Positions 9,300-17,933 of a stretch of DNA of 35,278 bases are shown piece by piece. The notes under the pieces are model-generated. The model was not told the DNA's origin, did not search any database, and saw only the letters and a list, made by a program, of their open reading frames with translations. The DNA comes from Deinococcaceae bacterium (lineage in GTDB: Bacteria; Deinococcota; Deinococci; Deinococcales; Trueperaceae). Made by a program: the position numbers and the translations under genes. The stretch covers positions 9,194 through 44,471 of the forward strand of contig JBDZWC010000008.1 of assembly GCA_040256005.1 (NCBI GenBank), written 5' to 3'. How positions within the stretch are numbered: position 1 is the first letter of the stretch; each line of letters begins with the position of its first letter.

Positions 9300-10105
9300 G
9301 CCGTGCGCTGTCCTGGCTGCGTGCCGGTCCGCGCCGGAGCCGCCCGGCTCAGTATGGCGAGCATGAGAGCGTGGTGGAGTGCGTGCGAGCCGCGCTCGAT
9401 GGTGAGGCTGGCTTCGAGCGGGCGGGCGAGGAGGGCGAGGTCTCCGAGGGCGTCGAGCGCCTTGTGACGCACGGGTTCGTCCTCGAACCTGAGTGGGCGC
9501 AGCGGCCCGTCATCGCCGAAGACGATAGCATGCTCCAAGCTGGCGCCCCGAGCGAGCCCGCGCCTGACGAGAACCTCGGCCTCGGCCAGCAGGCCGAACG
9601 TGCGGGCCCCCAGCAGCGCCCCGTATCCCGCCGGACCACCGCTCCACTCCTGACTGCCGATGGCGGGGTGGGCGAACTCGATGCGGCACGAGAGGCTCTC
9701 CGAACCGGGTGAGGCTCGCGCCACAGAGCTCCCGCGCGTCACCACGACGTCCGCGCCGAGCTTCAGGGGCTCCGGGGCCGCGGGCGGCGCCCCCAGCGCT
9801 TCCACGTGTTCGAGCCAGGGTAGGGCGGAGCCGTCGAGGATGGGTAGCTCGTCAGCGGTCGCCTCGACCACGACGCCGGAGTAGAAGCCGGCGACCCGCA
9901 GCGCCGCCAGCAGGTGCTCGACGAGCGAGACCTTCGCGCCCCCTTGGGACAACGTCACGGCGCGGTCGGTGGAGGCGACGCGTGAGACGTGAGCGGGGAT
10001 ATCGGTCCCGGCCCTCCTGAAGCGCAGCGGGCCCTCCGACCGGTGCAGCCACACGGTGCACTCCGTGCCGCTGTGCAGGCCCACCCCGCGCACTGCGGTC
10101 CCCAC
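9296..10105 (-). CDS. lpxC: UDP-3-O-acyl-N-acetylglucosamine deacetylase
   Basis: GVGLHSG, VEHLLAAL, ELPILDGS, ARTFG, HKALDALGDL zinc-binding motif, SHALH. Confidence 0.95.
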   Translation of the reverse strand: MGTAVRGVGLHSGTECTVWLHRSEGPLRFRRAGTDIPAHVSRVASTDRAVTLSQGGAKVSLVEHLLAALRVAGFYSGVVVEATADELPILDGSALPWLEHVEALGAPPAAPEPLKLGADVVVTRGSSVARASPGSESLSCRIEFAHPAIGSQEWSGGPAGYGALLGARTFGLLAEAEVLVRRGLARGASLEHAIVFGDDGPLRPLRFEDEPVRHKALDALGDLALLARPLEASLTIERGSHALHHALMLAILSRAAPARTGTQPGQRTA

Positions 10106-10106
10106 G

Positions 10107-11165
10107 TCAGCCGCGTTCCATCCGCTTTACGGCGCGCCAGACGTCCTCGAGGCGCTCCAGCAGGTACAGCGAGCGAGCGTACTGACGGTGTGGCCTGGCG
10201 GGGAAGCCGGCCCAGGTCTCGCCCGGCGGCACGTCCTTGGTCACCCCGCTGCGTCCCGCGATGCGTGCGCCGGAACCGATGATGACGTGGTCCGAGACCG
10301 CCACCGCGCCGCCGATGATGACGCCGTCCCCCACGCGGGCGCTGCCCGCGATGCCGGTCATGCCGGCGACCAGGCAGTCGGAGCCGATGATCACGTTGTG
10401 TCCCACCTGGCACAGGTTGTCGATCTTGGTGCGGGCGCCCACGACGGTATCGTCCAGCGTGCCGCGGTCGACGGCCGTGTTGGCGCCGATCTCCACGTCG
10501 TCTGCGAGCGTCACGCCGCCGAGCTGCCGGATCTTCACGGCGCCGGCGGGGGAGGCGGCGTAGCCGAAACCGTCCGCGCCTATCACGGCGCCCGCGTGAA
10601 GCACCACGCGGGCGCCCAGCGTCACCCCGTCGTAGACGGTGACGTTGGCGTGCAGCACGCAACCCGCTCCTATGACGGCGTTGGCGCCAACGCTCGCGCC
10701 CGGCCCCACGTAGCTGCCGTCGCCTATGGAGGCGCCGGGTCCCACGTAGCTGCCAGCTTCTAGCGACACGCCGCTGCCCAGGCTGGCAGCAGGGTGGACG
10801 TGGGCGGCAGCGCTCACCTCGCCCGTGAACGGCCGCGGCCTGGCGTCCAGGAGGGCGCTGAGGCGGGCGAGAGCCAACCGCGGCTCGCCTACCCTCACGG
10901 TGGGCAGCGCGGCCAACGGACCCTCCAAACCGGCTACCTCCCCCAGCACCAAGAGGCCCGGCAGCACGGGGGCCCCGGCCAGACGCGCGAGCTCCTGCTC
11001 GCTGGGCACGACGACGACAGCGGAACCCGCTTCCGGGTAGCCGCGCGACAGCCTCTCGACCGACGCCAGGTGGTCGAGCGCCCGCGCGCCCTCGCCCCGG
11101 CTCAGCGTGCCGCCGACGGCATCCGCGATCTCCTGCGGTGACAGCTCGGGCGGTCCGCCGGCCAT
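10107..11165 (-). CDS. lpxD: UDP-3-O-(3-hydroxyacyl)glucosamine N-acyltransferase
   Basis: IGADGFGY, DDVEIGANTAVDRG, KIDNLCQVGHN motifs, hexapeptide repeats; start ATG 11165 (or GTG 11168). Confidence 0.95.
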   Translation of the reverse strand: MAGGPPELSPQEIADAVGGTLSRGEGARALDHLASVERLSRGYPEAGSAVVVVPSEQELARLAGAPVLPGLLVLGEVAGLEGPLAALPTVRVGEPRLALARLSALLDARPRPFTGEVSAAAHVHPAASLGSGVSLEAGSYVGPGASIGDGSYVGPGASVGANAVIGAGCVLHANVTVYDGVTLGARVVLHAGAVIGADGFGYAASPAGAVKIRQLGGVTLADDVEIGANTAVDRGTLDDTVVGARTKIDNLCQVGHNVIIGSDCLVAGMTGIAGSARVGDGVIIGGAVAVSDHVIIGSGARIAGRSGVTKDVPPGETWAGFPARPHRQYARSLYLLERLEDVWRAVKRMERG

Positions 11166-12904
11166 CACTCGTCCTCCTCCGCGGCCGAGCCCGGCGCCTC
11201 CGGGGGCTGCGCCTGCTCGTCGGTTCCGGGCGCTGCCTCCTCTTCGGTCTCACCTGCGTCACGGATCGTCACGTGCAGGTCCTGGCTGCCGATCACGACC
11301 CAGGGTAGCGGCGCGCGTGAGAGACGCCTGACGTCCCCGTGTTCGTCCACGGACTCGAACACGATCTCGCTACCCTGCACCTGGTTGCGCAGGGCGTCGA
11401 CGAGCTCGGCGAAGGTGCCCGGCTCTTCCACCTCCCCGCCCTCCTCGGGCGCGCCCTCGATCTCCCTCGGCACGTCGCCGCCGCGCACCAGTAGGGTTAT
11501 GTCGCCGGTGAGGTCGTCCGGCAGGGGGACGCTGAACGTGCGCACCACGGCCTGGCGGCGGTACGGCTGCAGCCTCACGTGAACGATGGCGTGTCCACCC
11601 GCCACCAGGTCCTCGGTCTCGAGCACGAGCTTCGCGACCTCGGCGCTGCCGGGGTCACGGTCGAAGCTGACGCTCAGTGAGACCTGGCTGACCTCCGGCG
11701 GCGCGAACCGGTTCGTGGCCAGGATCGCCAGAGGCCCCGCCGCGAGCCGCGCGGCGTCCAGGGCGATGTCGTTGGTGCTCGAGACCTGCTCCACGACGTT
11801 GACCCGGTCCCCGCCGGCAAGGGTCACTTCCCAGGCGAGCTCCGCTCGCCCCGGCCCCGTGGCACGCAGCACGCGGTCGGCCGCCTCCAACGTGGCGATG
11901 GCCGCGAGCTGGGGGTAGAGGCGCTCGTCGTCGGCCAGCGCCACAGCGAACCGCTCCTCCCTGTCACCGGCCACCACCGCGAGCTGCAGCCTGACCACGC
12001 GCGGCTCCACGCCGGAGGCGCCGGCGATGGCGGCGGGCGTGTCGAGGGTCACCGCTCCCACGGACGTCGAGGACACGTTCGCGAGCTTGAACGGCACGAC
12101 GGCGCTGGGTACGAAGGCGGTCACTTGAGCCGTCGCCAACCCGTACGAGATGGCGCCGGCCCCGAAGAGCGGGTGCCCGAACCCTAGCAGCGAGCGTCCC
12201 TCGACGGCCGTCAGGGTACCGAGGGCGGCCAGCTGCAGGTCGCCGCTCATGAGCTGCACGGCGATCGCCGCGCCGGGCTCCAGGGTGTCCGGTGCGCCCG
12301 GCGTCTCTGGTCCAGCGTTGCCCTGGGCGGAGCGGGGCGAGAACACCGGCCGGGTGGGCGCGGCGGCGAAGAGCGCCTCCACGAGCTCCGCCGACCGGTC
12401 AGACGCGCCAGCCATGAGCACCGGCGTGGTCACGGGTACGGCGGTGCCCAGTCCCGGGACGGTCACGCCTCCGGGCGGGCCGGCTACCCGTCTGTCGCGC
12501 ATCGCGGCGATGGGGGTCACGAGGGCCAGGTCGTGAGCGGCCTCGGGGAAGACGTAGCCGATCGCTCCCAGCAGCGCGTCGCCGCCGCCGCGCGGCAGGT
12601 AGACCGGGCTACCGCTCATCCCTGCCGCCACGCCGCCCGAGGCCTCGATCAGCGCGCCGGAGGCCCGTATGAGCACGAGTGGGAAGCCCGGGCCGGCCTC
12701 ATCCTGGACGGAGAGCACCTCGACGTCGAAGCGCCCGATCTCGCCGCCGGGACCCTCGGTAAGGCCGAAACCCTTCAGGCCCGGCTCGACGAGCTCGAGC
12801 GGGAAGTCGGGCACGGCGCCGATCCCTTGGGAGCGGGCCACACTGGATGGCAGCGTGACGGCCAGCAGCAGGCAGGTGGCGACCGCCTTGGCGAGCGGCC
12901 CCAC
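11165..12904 (-). CDS. Exported SpoIVB/peptidase S55-like serine protease
   Basis: Signal peptide-like N-terminus, GVAAGMSGSPVY nucleophile motif, LGFGHP His motif; coupled to mreB (2-bp gap) and lpxD (overlap). Confidence 0.75.
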   Translation of the reverse strand: MGPLAKAVATCLLLAVTLPSSVARSQGIGAVPDFPLELVEPGLKGFGLTEGPGGEIGRFDVEVLSVQDEAGPGFPLVLIRASGALIEASGGVAAGMSGSPVYLPRGGGDALLGAIGYVFPEAAHDLALVTPIAAMRDRRVAGPPGGVTVPGLGTAVPVTTPVLMAGASDRSAELVEALFAAAPTRPVFSPRSAQGNAGPETPGAPDTLEPGAAIAVQLMSGDLQLAALGTLTAVEGRSLLGFGHPLFGAGAISYGLATAQVTAFVPSAVVPFKLANVSSTSVGAVTLDTPAAIAGASGVEPRVVRLQLAVVAGDREERFAVALADDERLYPQLAAIATLEAADRVLRATGPGRAELAWEVTLAGGDRVNVVEQVSSTNDIALDAARLAAGPLAILATNRFAPPEVSQVSLSVSFDRDPGSAEVAKLVLETEDLVAGGHAIVHVRLQPYRRQAVVRTFSVPLPDDLTGDITLLVRGGDVPREIEGAPEEGGEVEEPGTFAELVDALRNQVQGSEIVFESVDEHGDVRRLSRAPLPWVVIGSQDLHVTIRDAGETEEEAAPGTDEQAQPPEAPGSAAEEDE

Positions 12905-12906
12905 CC

Positions 12907-13944
12907 TCAGCGTCTCAGGAAGTTGTCTGAGATCAGGGCGTCCTGCAGGACGTGGATCATGTCGAGGGCCTGGCCGGTGCCCAGGGCGACAGAGTCGGTC
13001 GCGTTGTCGGCGACCATGACGGGGATGCCTGTCGTCTGCCTGAGCAGCTCGTCGAAGTTCCTGAGCAGCGAGCCGCCGCCGGTCATGATGATGCCGCGGT
13101 CTATGACGTCGCTCACCAGCTCGGGCGGCGCCTGCTCCAGCACGCGCCTGACGCCGTCCGCGATCTTCTGGATGGGCTCCTTGAGCGCCTCGACGATGTC
13201 GGAAGTGGTGACCCTGACGCTCTTGGGCAGGCCGTTGATGAGGTCGCGACCGCGCACCTCGATCTCCAGCTCGTCGGACTGGTTGCGGACGGTGGCGGCG
13301 CCGACCTGGCGCTTCACGGACTCGGCCGTGCGGTCACCGATGAGCAGGTTCTCCTTCTGCCTGATGTAGCGGATTATCGACTCGTCGAACTCGTTGCCGG
13401 CGATGCGCAGGCTCTCCGAGACGACGATGCCGCCCAGGCTGATGATCGCGATGTCGGTGGTGCCGCCACCGATGTCCACGATCATGCTGCCGGTGGGCTC
13501 GGCGATCTGCACGCCGGCGCCGATGGCGGCAGCCAACGGTTCCTCGATCAGGAACGCCTTGCGGGCGCCCACCTCGCGGGTCGCCTGGAGGACGGCGCGC
13601 CGCTCCACCTCGGTCACGCCGGAGGGGACGCACACCATGACCTGCGGCTTGAACAGCCGGCTCGGCCCCTTGAGGACCTTGCGTACGAACGCCTGCAGCA
13701 TCTTCTCGGTCAGGTCGTAGTCGGCGATCACGCCGTCCCGCATGGGCCTGACCGCGACGATGTTCCCAGGGGTGCGGCCGAGCATGCGGTAGGCCTCCTC
13801 ACCCACGGCCTTCACCTCGCCCGTGTCACGCACCATGGCGATGACCGAGGGCTCGCGCAGCAGGATGCCCTGGCCTTTCACGTAGATCAGGACCGTGGCC
13901 GTGCCCAGGTCGACCCCGATCTCTTGTCCGAACTTGAAGAACAT
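12907..13944 (-). CDS. mreB: Rod shape-determining actin homologue MreB
   Basis: IGVDLGTAT, EPSV, RPMRDGVIAD, EPLAAAIGAG, DIGGGTTD, TGGGSLL; GGGAG SD 6 nt before ATG 13944. Confidence 0.97.
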   Translation of the reverse strand: MFFKFGQEIGVDLGTATVLIYVKGQGILLREPSVIAMVRDTGEVKAVGEEAYRMLGRTPGNIVAVRPMRDGVIADYDLTEKMLQAFVRKVLKGPSRLFKPQVMVCVPSGVTEVERRAVLQATREVGARKAFLIEEPLAAAIGAGVQIAEPTGSMIVDIGGGTTDIAIISLGGIVVSESLRIAGNEFDESIIRYIRQKENLLIGDRTAESVKRQVGAATVRNQSDELEIEVRGRDLINGLPKSVRVTTSDIVEALKEPIQKIADGVRRVLEQAPPELVSDVIDRGIIMTGGGSLLRNFDELLRQTTGIPVMVADNATDSVALGTGQALDMIHVLQDALISDNFLRR

Positions 13945-13976
13945 GCTCAACTCCCACCCCGGCGGGATTCCGCGGC

Positions 13977-13982
13977 AGTATA
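13977..13982 (-). promoter_or_regulatory. -10 box (TATACT) for the mreB-lpx transcript
   Basis: Near-consensus hexamer in the tsaB-mreB intergenic region, about 30 nt upstream of the start codon. Confidence 0.6.
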
Positions 13983-14038
13983 ACTTGGCCTCTCCGAGCG
14001 GTAGACCGCGGTGCTGATCGGCCCCTGTGTGCGCCGTC

Positions 14039-14632
14039 TCACAGGTACACGGCGACGGGAGGGCCGGCCTGTTCGCTCACGGCCAGCGCCGCGGCGTCGG
14101 GCGCGCCTGCCGCGACGACGCGCAGCTCACGGCCCAGCTCGGAGGCTCGCTGGGCCGCGACCTTCCTGGGTCCGGTGACCACCACTACGTGCGGTGCCAG
14201 CGAGGGGTCGGCAAGGGCTCTGGCGCAGCGGGCCGCGTAGACGTTGCCGCGCCGGGCGTCCAGGGCGACGACCGCCTCGTCGCCCGGAGCCAGCACGCCT
14301 GCGGCCAGAGCGGCGAAGCTCGGCGCGCCGAGGAGGTCGGCGCCCAGCGCCCTGGCCAGCCCGGAGGCCGTGGCCAGAGCCACGCGCACCCCCGTGTACG
14401 AGCCGGGACCGGTGCCCGCCACCACGCGTCCGATCCGCGCTCGGCCGCCCGGCACGGCGTCCACGAGACGACCTATCTCGCGTACGCCACGGGCGGCGTG
14501 GTCCCTGCCGACGTCCTGCGCGTAGCGCCCCAGCACCCGGCCGGCCCCGTCGACGATCGCGATGGCCAGGTACGGGGTCGAGCAATCGAGGGCGAGCCAC
14601 AGGTCGGCGGCTGGCCTCTCCGCGACGGGCAT
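14039..14632 (-). CDS. tsaB: tRNA t6A biosynthesis protein TsaB
   Basis: LALDCST, GPGSYTGVRV, LDARRGNVY; ATG overlaps tsaE stop; ORF-track start at 14743 is too long. Confidence 0.92.
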   Translation of the reverse strand: MPVAERPAADLWLALDCSTPYLAIAIVDGAGRVLGRYAQDVGRDHAARGVREIGRLVDAVPGGRARIGRVVAGTGPGSYTGVRVALATASGLARALGADLLGAPSFAALAAGVLAPGDEAVVALDARRGNVYAARCARALADPSLAPHVVVVTGPRKVAAQRASELGRELRVVAAGAPDAAALAVSEQAGPPVAVYL

Positions 14633-15090
14633 CACGTGTGGGGCCGGCGCCAGGTGACGGTCCTCGCGCTCTCGTCTCCCGGTACCGGCGCCAGCGCCAG
14701 GTGGTGAGCGGCCGGGTAGAGCGCCAGCAGGGGCTCGCCCCACTCGACGGCCACGAGCCGGGCCCTGTCCAGGTAGTCGTCGAGCCCCAGCGCCTCCAGC
14801 GGTGCCGCGGCGCCCAGCCGGTAGAGGTCCACGTGCACGAGCACGCCCCCCGGTACGGGGTACTCGTGCACCAGGGTGTACGTGGGACTGTTAACGGCCG
14901 CGCCGGACCCGAGCGCCGCGGCCAGGCTCTGCACGAACGTCGTCTTGCCGGCGCCCAGAGGACCGGTGAGGACCAGTAGGTCGCCGGGCGCCGTCGCGCT
15001 CACGACGTCGGCGGCCAGCGCCTGGAGGTCGGCCAGGCCGCGAACCAGCAGGGACAGCTCCCGGTCGCGGGTCCCCGCCGTGTCAGTCAC
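14632..15090 (-). CDS. tsaE: tRNA t6A biosynthesis ATPase TsaE
   Basis: GPLGAGKTTF, VNSPTYTLVHEY, HVDLYRL, VEWGE. Confidence 0.95.
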   Translation of the reverse strand: MTDTAGTRDRELSLLVRGLADLQALAADVVSATAPGDLLVLTGPLGAGKTTFVQSLAAALGSGAAVNSPTYTLVHEYPVPGGVLVHVDLYRLGAAAPLEALGLDDYLDRARLVAVEWGEPLLALYPAAHHLALAPVPGDESARTVTWRRPHT

Positions 15091-17857
15091 CTGCGAGGTC
15101 GCGTCTGAGCCGTCCTGAGACGACAGGGGCCAGCGTCGGGGAGTCCACGGTCAACGCGACGACCACAGCGTCGGCGTAGGCGAGGACGACGTGGGCCCCA
15201 GGCCCACCGGCCGTGACGATCAGCGGCCCCTGGCTGGTGTCCGGGCCGGCGCTCGTAGCGAGGTAGCCGGCGGCGGCGTCCTTGAGTGCGGAGACCTCCG
15301 ACCAGCCGGCGGACGGCGCGCCCTCCGAGGCGGCGAGGCTCTCCCCGTCGGCCGAGTACACGACGACCGAGGTCACGCCCGGTGTATCGCTGTAGCGTTC
15401 GACGAGCTCGGTGGGAGAGACGCCCGTGGTGACCGGCTTCGCCTCGCCGCCGCCCAGGTCCAGCGCGCCCAGCACGTCGTCGAGAAGCCCCTCGGCGACG
15501 AGTTGGTCGGCGATCAGGCGCGTGGCCTCGTACTCCTCCTCGAGGCTCGCGAGCATCGTCTCCGCCTGCGTCAACGAGGCCTCCAGCTGCTGCCTGAGGC
15601 CGATCGAGACCCGGCCCAGCGCCCCGCGTTGCGAGTCGAGGTGCGTGAGTATCCGCCGCACCGTCGCCACGTCGTCGCTGTTGAGCTTGGCGACGTTCTC
15701 GAAGCGCTCCAGCGCCGCGTCGATGCGCCCCGGGACGCTGGCGACACGCTGTTCGAAGCGGGCCTCGATGCCGTCCAGCAGCAGTGCCGCCTCGCCCAGG
15801 CGCCGCGCGTTCCCGCCCTGGTTCAGGCGCTCGCGCTCGGCGTCCAGCAAGGCGCTCAGCTCGGCGACCTTCGGATCGTCCAGGGCGGCGAAGTTCTGAG
15901 CCTCGCGGCTGAGCCGATGCAGCTCGCCCATCTGCTCGATGCGGGCCGACTCGCGGGCCCGTCCGAGGTCCGCCTCGAGGCTGGCGAGGTCGGGGAAGAC
16001 CCCGCGTTCGAGGTCCGCGACGGCCTGGGACAGGCGCTCCGCGAACCGCAGGCTGCCCACCTCCGCCGCCTCCTCGCCGAGGCGCTCGAGCCTGCGCCGG
16101 GCGCTGTCGGTGGCCTCGACCTTGAGGGCGGCGACGAGCGCCTCGACGGCTTCGACGTCGTCGAGCCCGGCGTCGCCGGGCAGATGGGGAATCGGGTCGT
16201 CGAGGAGCAGCGCGCTCGCCGCCTCCGTCCCTGCCTGGTCCTCCAGGAGCAGCGCGATCTCGCGCTGCGCCGCCTCGAGCCTGTCCGTCAGGGTCTGAGT
16301 GACGGGGAAGGACAGCAGCTGCGCCCGGACAGCCTCGAGCCGGGCCCGGCGCCGCTCGGACGCCTCGGTGGCCCTATCGGCCAGCTCGCGCACCATGCGT
16401 TCCTCGGCCTGCCTCACGGAAGCCATCACCTCGGGCACGAGGGTGCGGGTGGCCTGCGCCAGGCGCAGCGACTCCAGCTCGGACCTGAGCCGCTCGACGT
16501 CCTCTGACGGGCTGTAGGACTCGTAACGCACGAGCGTCTCCTCGAGCCTGTGGACCAGCTCCTCCTGGTTGCGCAGCTGGGCGGCGAGCGCCTCCTCGCT
16601 GCGTCGTTGCGCTTCCGCCTGCTCCTCCACGAGCCGGTGGAGCTGACGCACGTGCTCGACGTCCGCGACCGCGGGCAGGCCGGTCGTGAGGATGCCGAGG
16701 GCCACGGTCACGGCCTGCCTGAGCTCCGAGACGTCGACGCCCGCATGCAGCCCCTCCAAGGAGGCGCTCAGTCCCTCGAGCTCCGCGCGCAGCGCCTGCT
16801 GGACGTCGGTCACCGCCGCCGCGAGCTCCGCCTTGATGCCGGGCAGCTCGTGAGCGATAGACGCGCCCGCAGCCGCCTCCGCCTCCAGGTTCGCCACCCT
16901 CTCCGCCAGGTCGGGCCGGTGATCGAGCAGGTCGCCGTTGTCGCCCCTCAGCGAAGCGAGGTCCTGCGCCTCGGCGGCCAGGTCTATGAGCCTCAAGCGC
17001 TCGCTCGCCTCGGGCGTGAGGTTCTGGACGTCGATGGCCAGGATCTCCTCGTCCTCCGTCTCGACGTCGTAGACGCCGTCCTCGGGGACCGCGAGCCCCG
17101 CGCCCTGCACGGCCTCGGCCGCCGGCTCCGGCTCGCCCCCGGCCCGAACGGGCGGTTCCTCGGACTCGGAGTAGACGCTCGACTCCATGAGCTTCCTGAG
17201 GTCGCGGGCCAGCTTGCGGGCCCGCTCGAGCTCGGCCGGCGCCAGTTGCCGCGACTCCTGCGCCGCGCGCATGTGGTTGACGAGCGACTCGAGCCGACGG
17301 ACCTTGGGGCCGCCGAGCGAGCGGACGGCCTCCAGCGCGTCGGCCAGCTCGCCGATCTCGCGCGCCTGCAGGACGAGCTGGTCCTCGAGCTTCTGAACCA
17401 CGACGTCGAGCTGGGCCTCGGCGTCAGACACCAGGCCGGGCGCCTCGCGCTCGGACTCGTGCTCGGACTCCAGCAGCTGGAGCTGCGCCCTGAGCTTCTG
17501 GACCTCGGGCCACTCGAAGTAGAGGTTGAACGGCTTGAGGGCCTGCTGGAGGGTGGACAAGCGCTCGGCCTGCGCCTGCAGCGCCGATCCTGGTTCCGCC
17601 GTGGTGCCGTCCTCACCCACCTCGCGCAGCTTGCCGACGATGTTCTCGACGGTAGACTTCGCCTCGGTCACAGGCATCGTCACCTGCAGTTGCCGGTAGA
17701 CCTGCGCCTTGAGGATCTGCTCGAGGGTGGCGACGTCGACCGAGTCCGGTGACCTGCCGTGCTGCCTCAGCCCCTCCTTGAGGGAGCGCGACACCACGCG
17801 CGGCGACAGCACCGACTCCAACTCTTCAACGGCCGTCTGGTAGACCAGGTTCGTCAT
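15083..17857 (-). CDS. Large coiled-coil protein with conserved N-terminal domain and probable degenerate C-terminal Roadblock/LC7 domain
   Basis: 924 aa, E/L/A/R-rich heptad-like body, LKPFNLYFEWPEVQKLR segment; C-terminal PGVTSVVVYSADGE pattern; N-terminus paralogous to 19910..20830. Confidence 0.75.
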   Translation of the reverse strand: MTNLVYQTAVEELESVLSPRVVSRSLKEGLRQHGRSPDSVDVATLEQILKAQVYRQLQVTMPVTEAKSTVENIVGKLREVGEDGTTAEPGSALQAQAERLSTLQQALKPFNLYFEWPEVQKLRAQLQLLESEHESEREAPGLVSDAEAQLDVVVQKLEDQLVLQAREIGELADALEAVRSLGGPKVRRLESLVNHMRAAQESRQLAPAELERARKLARDLRKLMESSVYSESEEPPVRAGGEPEPAAEAVQGAGLAVPEDGVYDVETEDEEILAIDVQNLTPEASERLRLIDLAAEAQDLASLRGDNGDLLDHRPDLAERVANLEAEAAAGASIAHELPGIKAELAAAVTDVQQALRAELEGLSASLEGLHAGVDVSELRQAVTVALGILTTGLPAVADVEHVRQLHRLVEEQAEAQRRSEEALAAQLRNQEELVHRLEETLVRYESYSPSEDVERLRSELESLRLAQATRTLVPEVMASVRQAEERMVRELADRATEASERRRARLEAVRAQLLSFPVTQTLTDRLEAAQREIALLLEDQAGTEAASALLLDDPIPHLPGDAGLDDVEAVEALVAALKVEATDSARRRLERLGEEAAEVGSLRFAERLSQAVADLERGVFPDLASLEADLGRARESARIEQMGELHRLSREAQNFAALDDPKVAELSALLDAERERLNQGGNARRLGEAALLLDGIEARFEQRVASVPGRIDAALERFENVAKLNSDDVATVRRILTHLDSQRGALGRVSIGLRQQLEASLTQAETMLASLEEEYEATRLIADQLVAEGLLDDVLGALDLGGGEAKPVTTGVSPTELVERYSDTPGVTSVVVYSADGESLAASEGAPSAGWSEVSALKDAAAGYLATSAGPDTSQGPLIVTAGGPGAHVVLAYADAVVVALTVDSPTLAPVVSGRLRRDLAGD

Positions 17858-17869
17858 GGCTACGCGTCC

Positions 17870-17921
17870 CGCTCACCCTCCGTTGCGATCGACGAGAACA
17901 CAGGACCGGTGAGAGTGAGCG
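17870..17921 (-). repeat. Intergenic inverted repeat (11-bp stem, 30-nt loop)
   Basis: On the minus-strand transcript CGCUCACUCUC can pair with GAGGGUGAGCG (one G-U). Confidence 0.45.
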
Positions 17922-17933
17922 CCAGCCACATCC

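Noticed and set aside
15083..17857. SMC/SbcC-like ATPase
   Set aside because: No Walker A/B or ABC signature motifs despite the coiled coil
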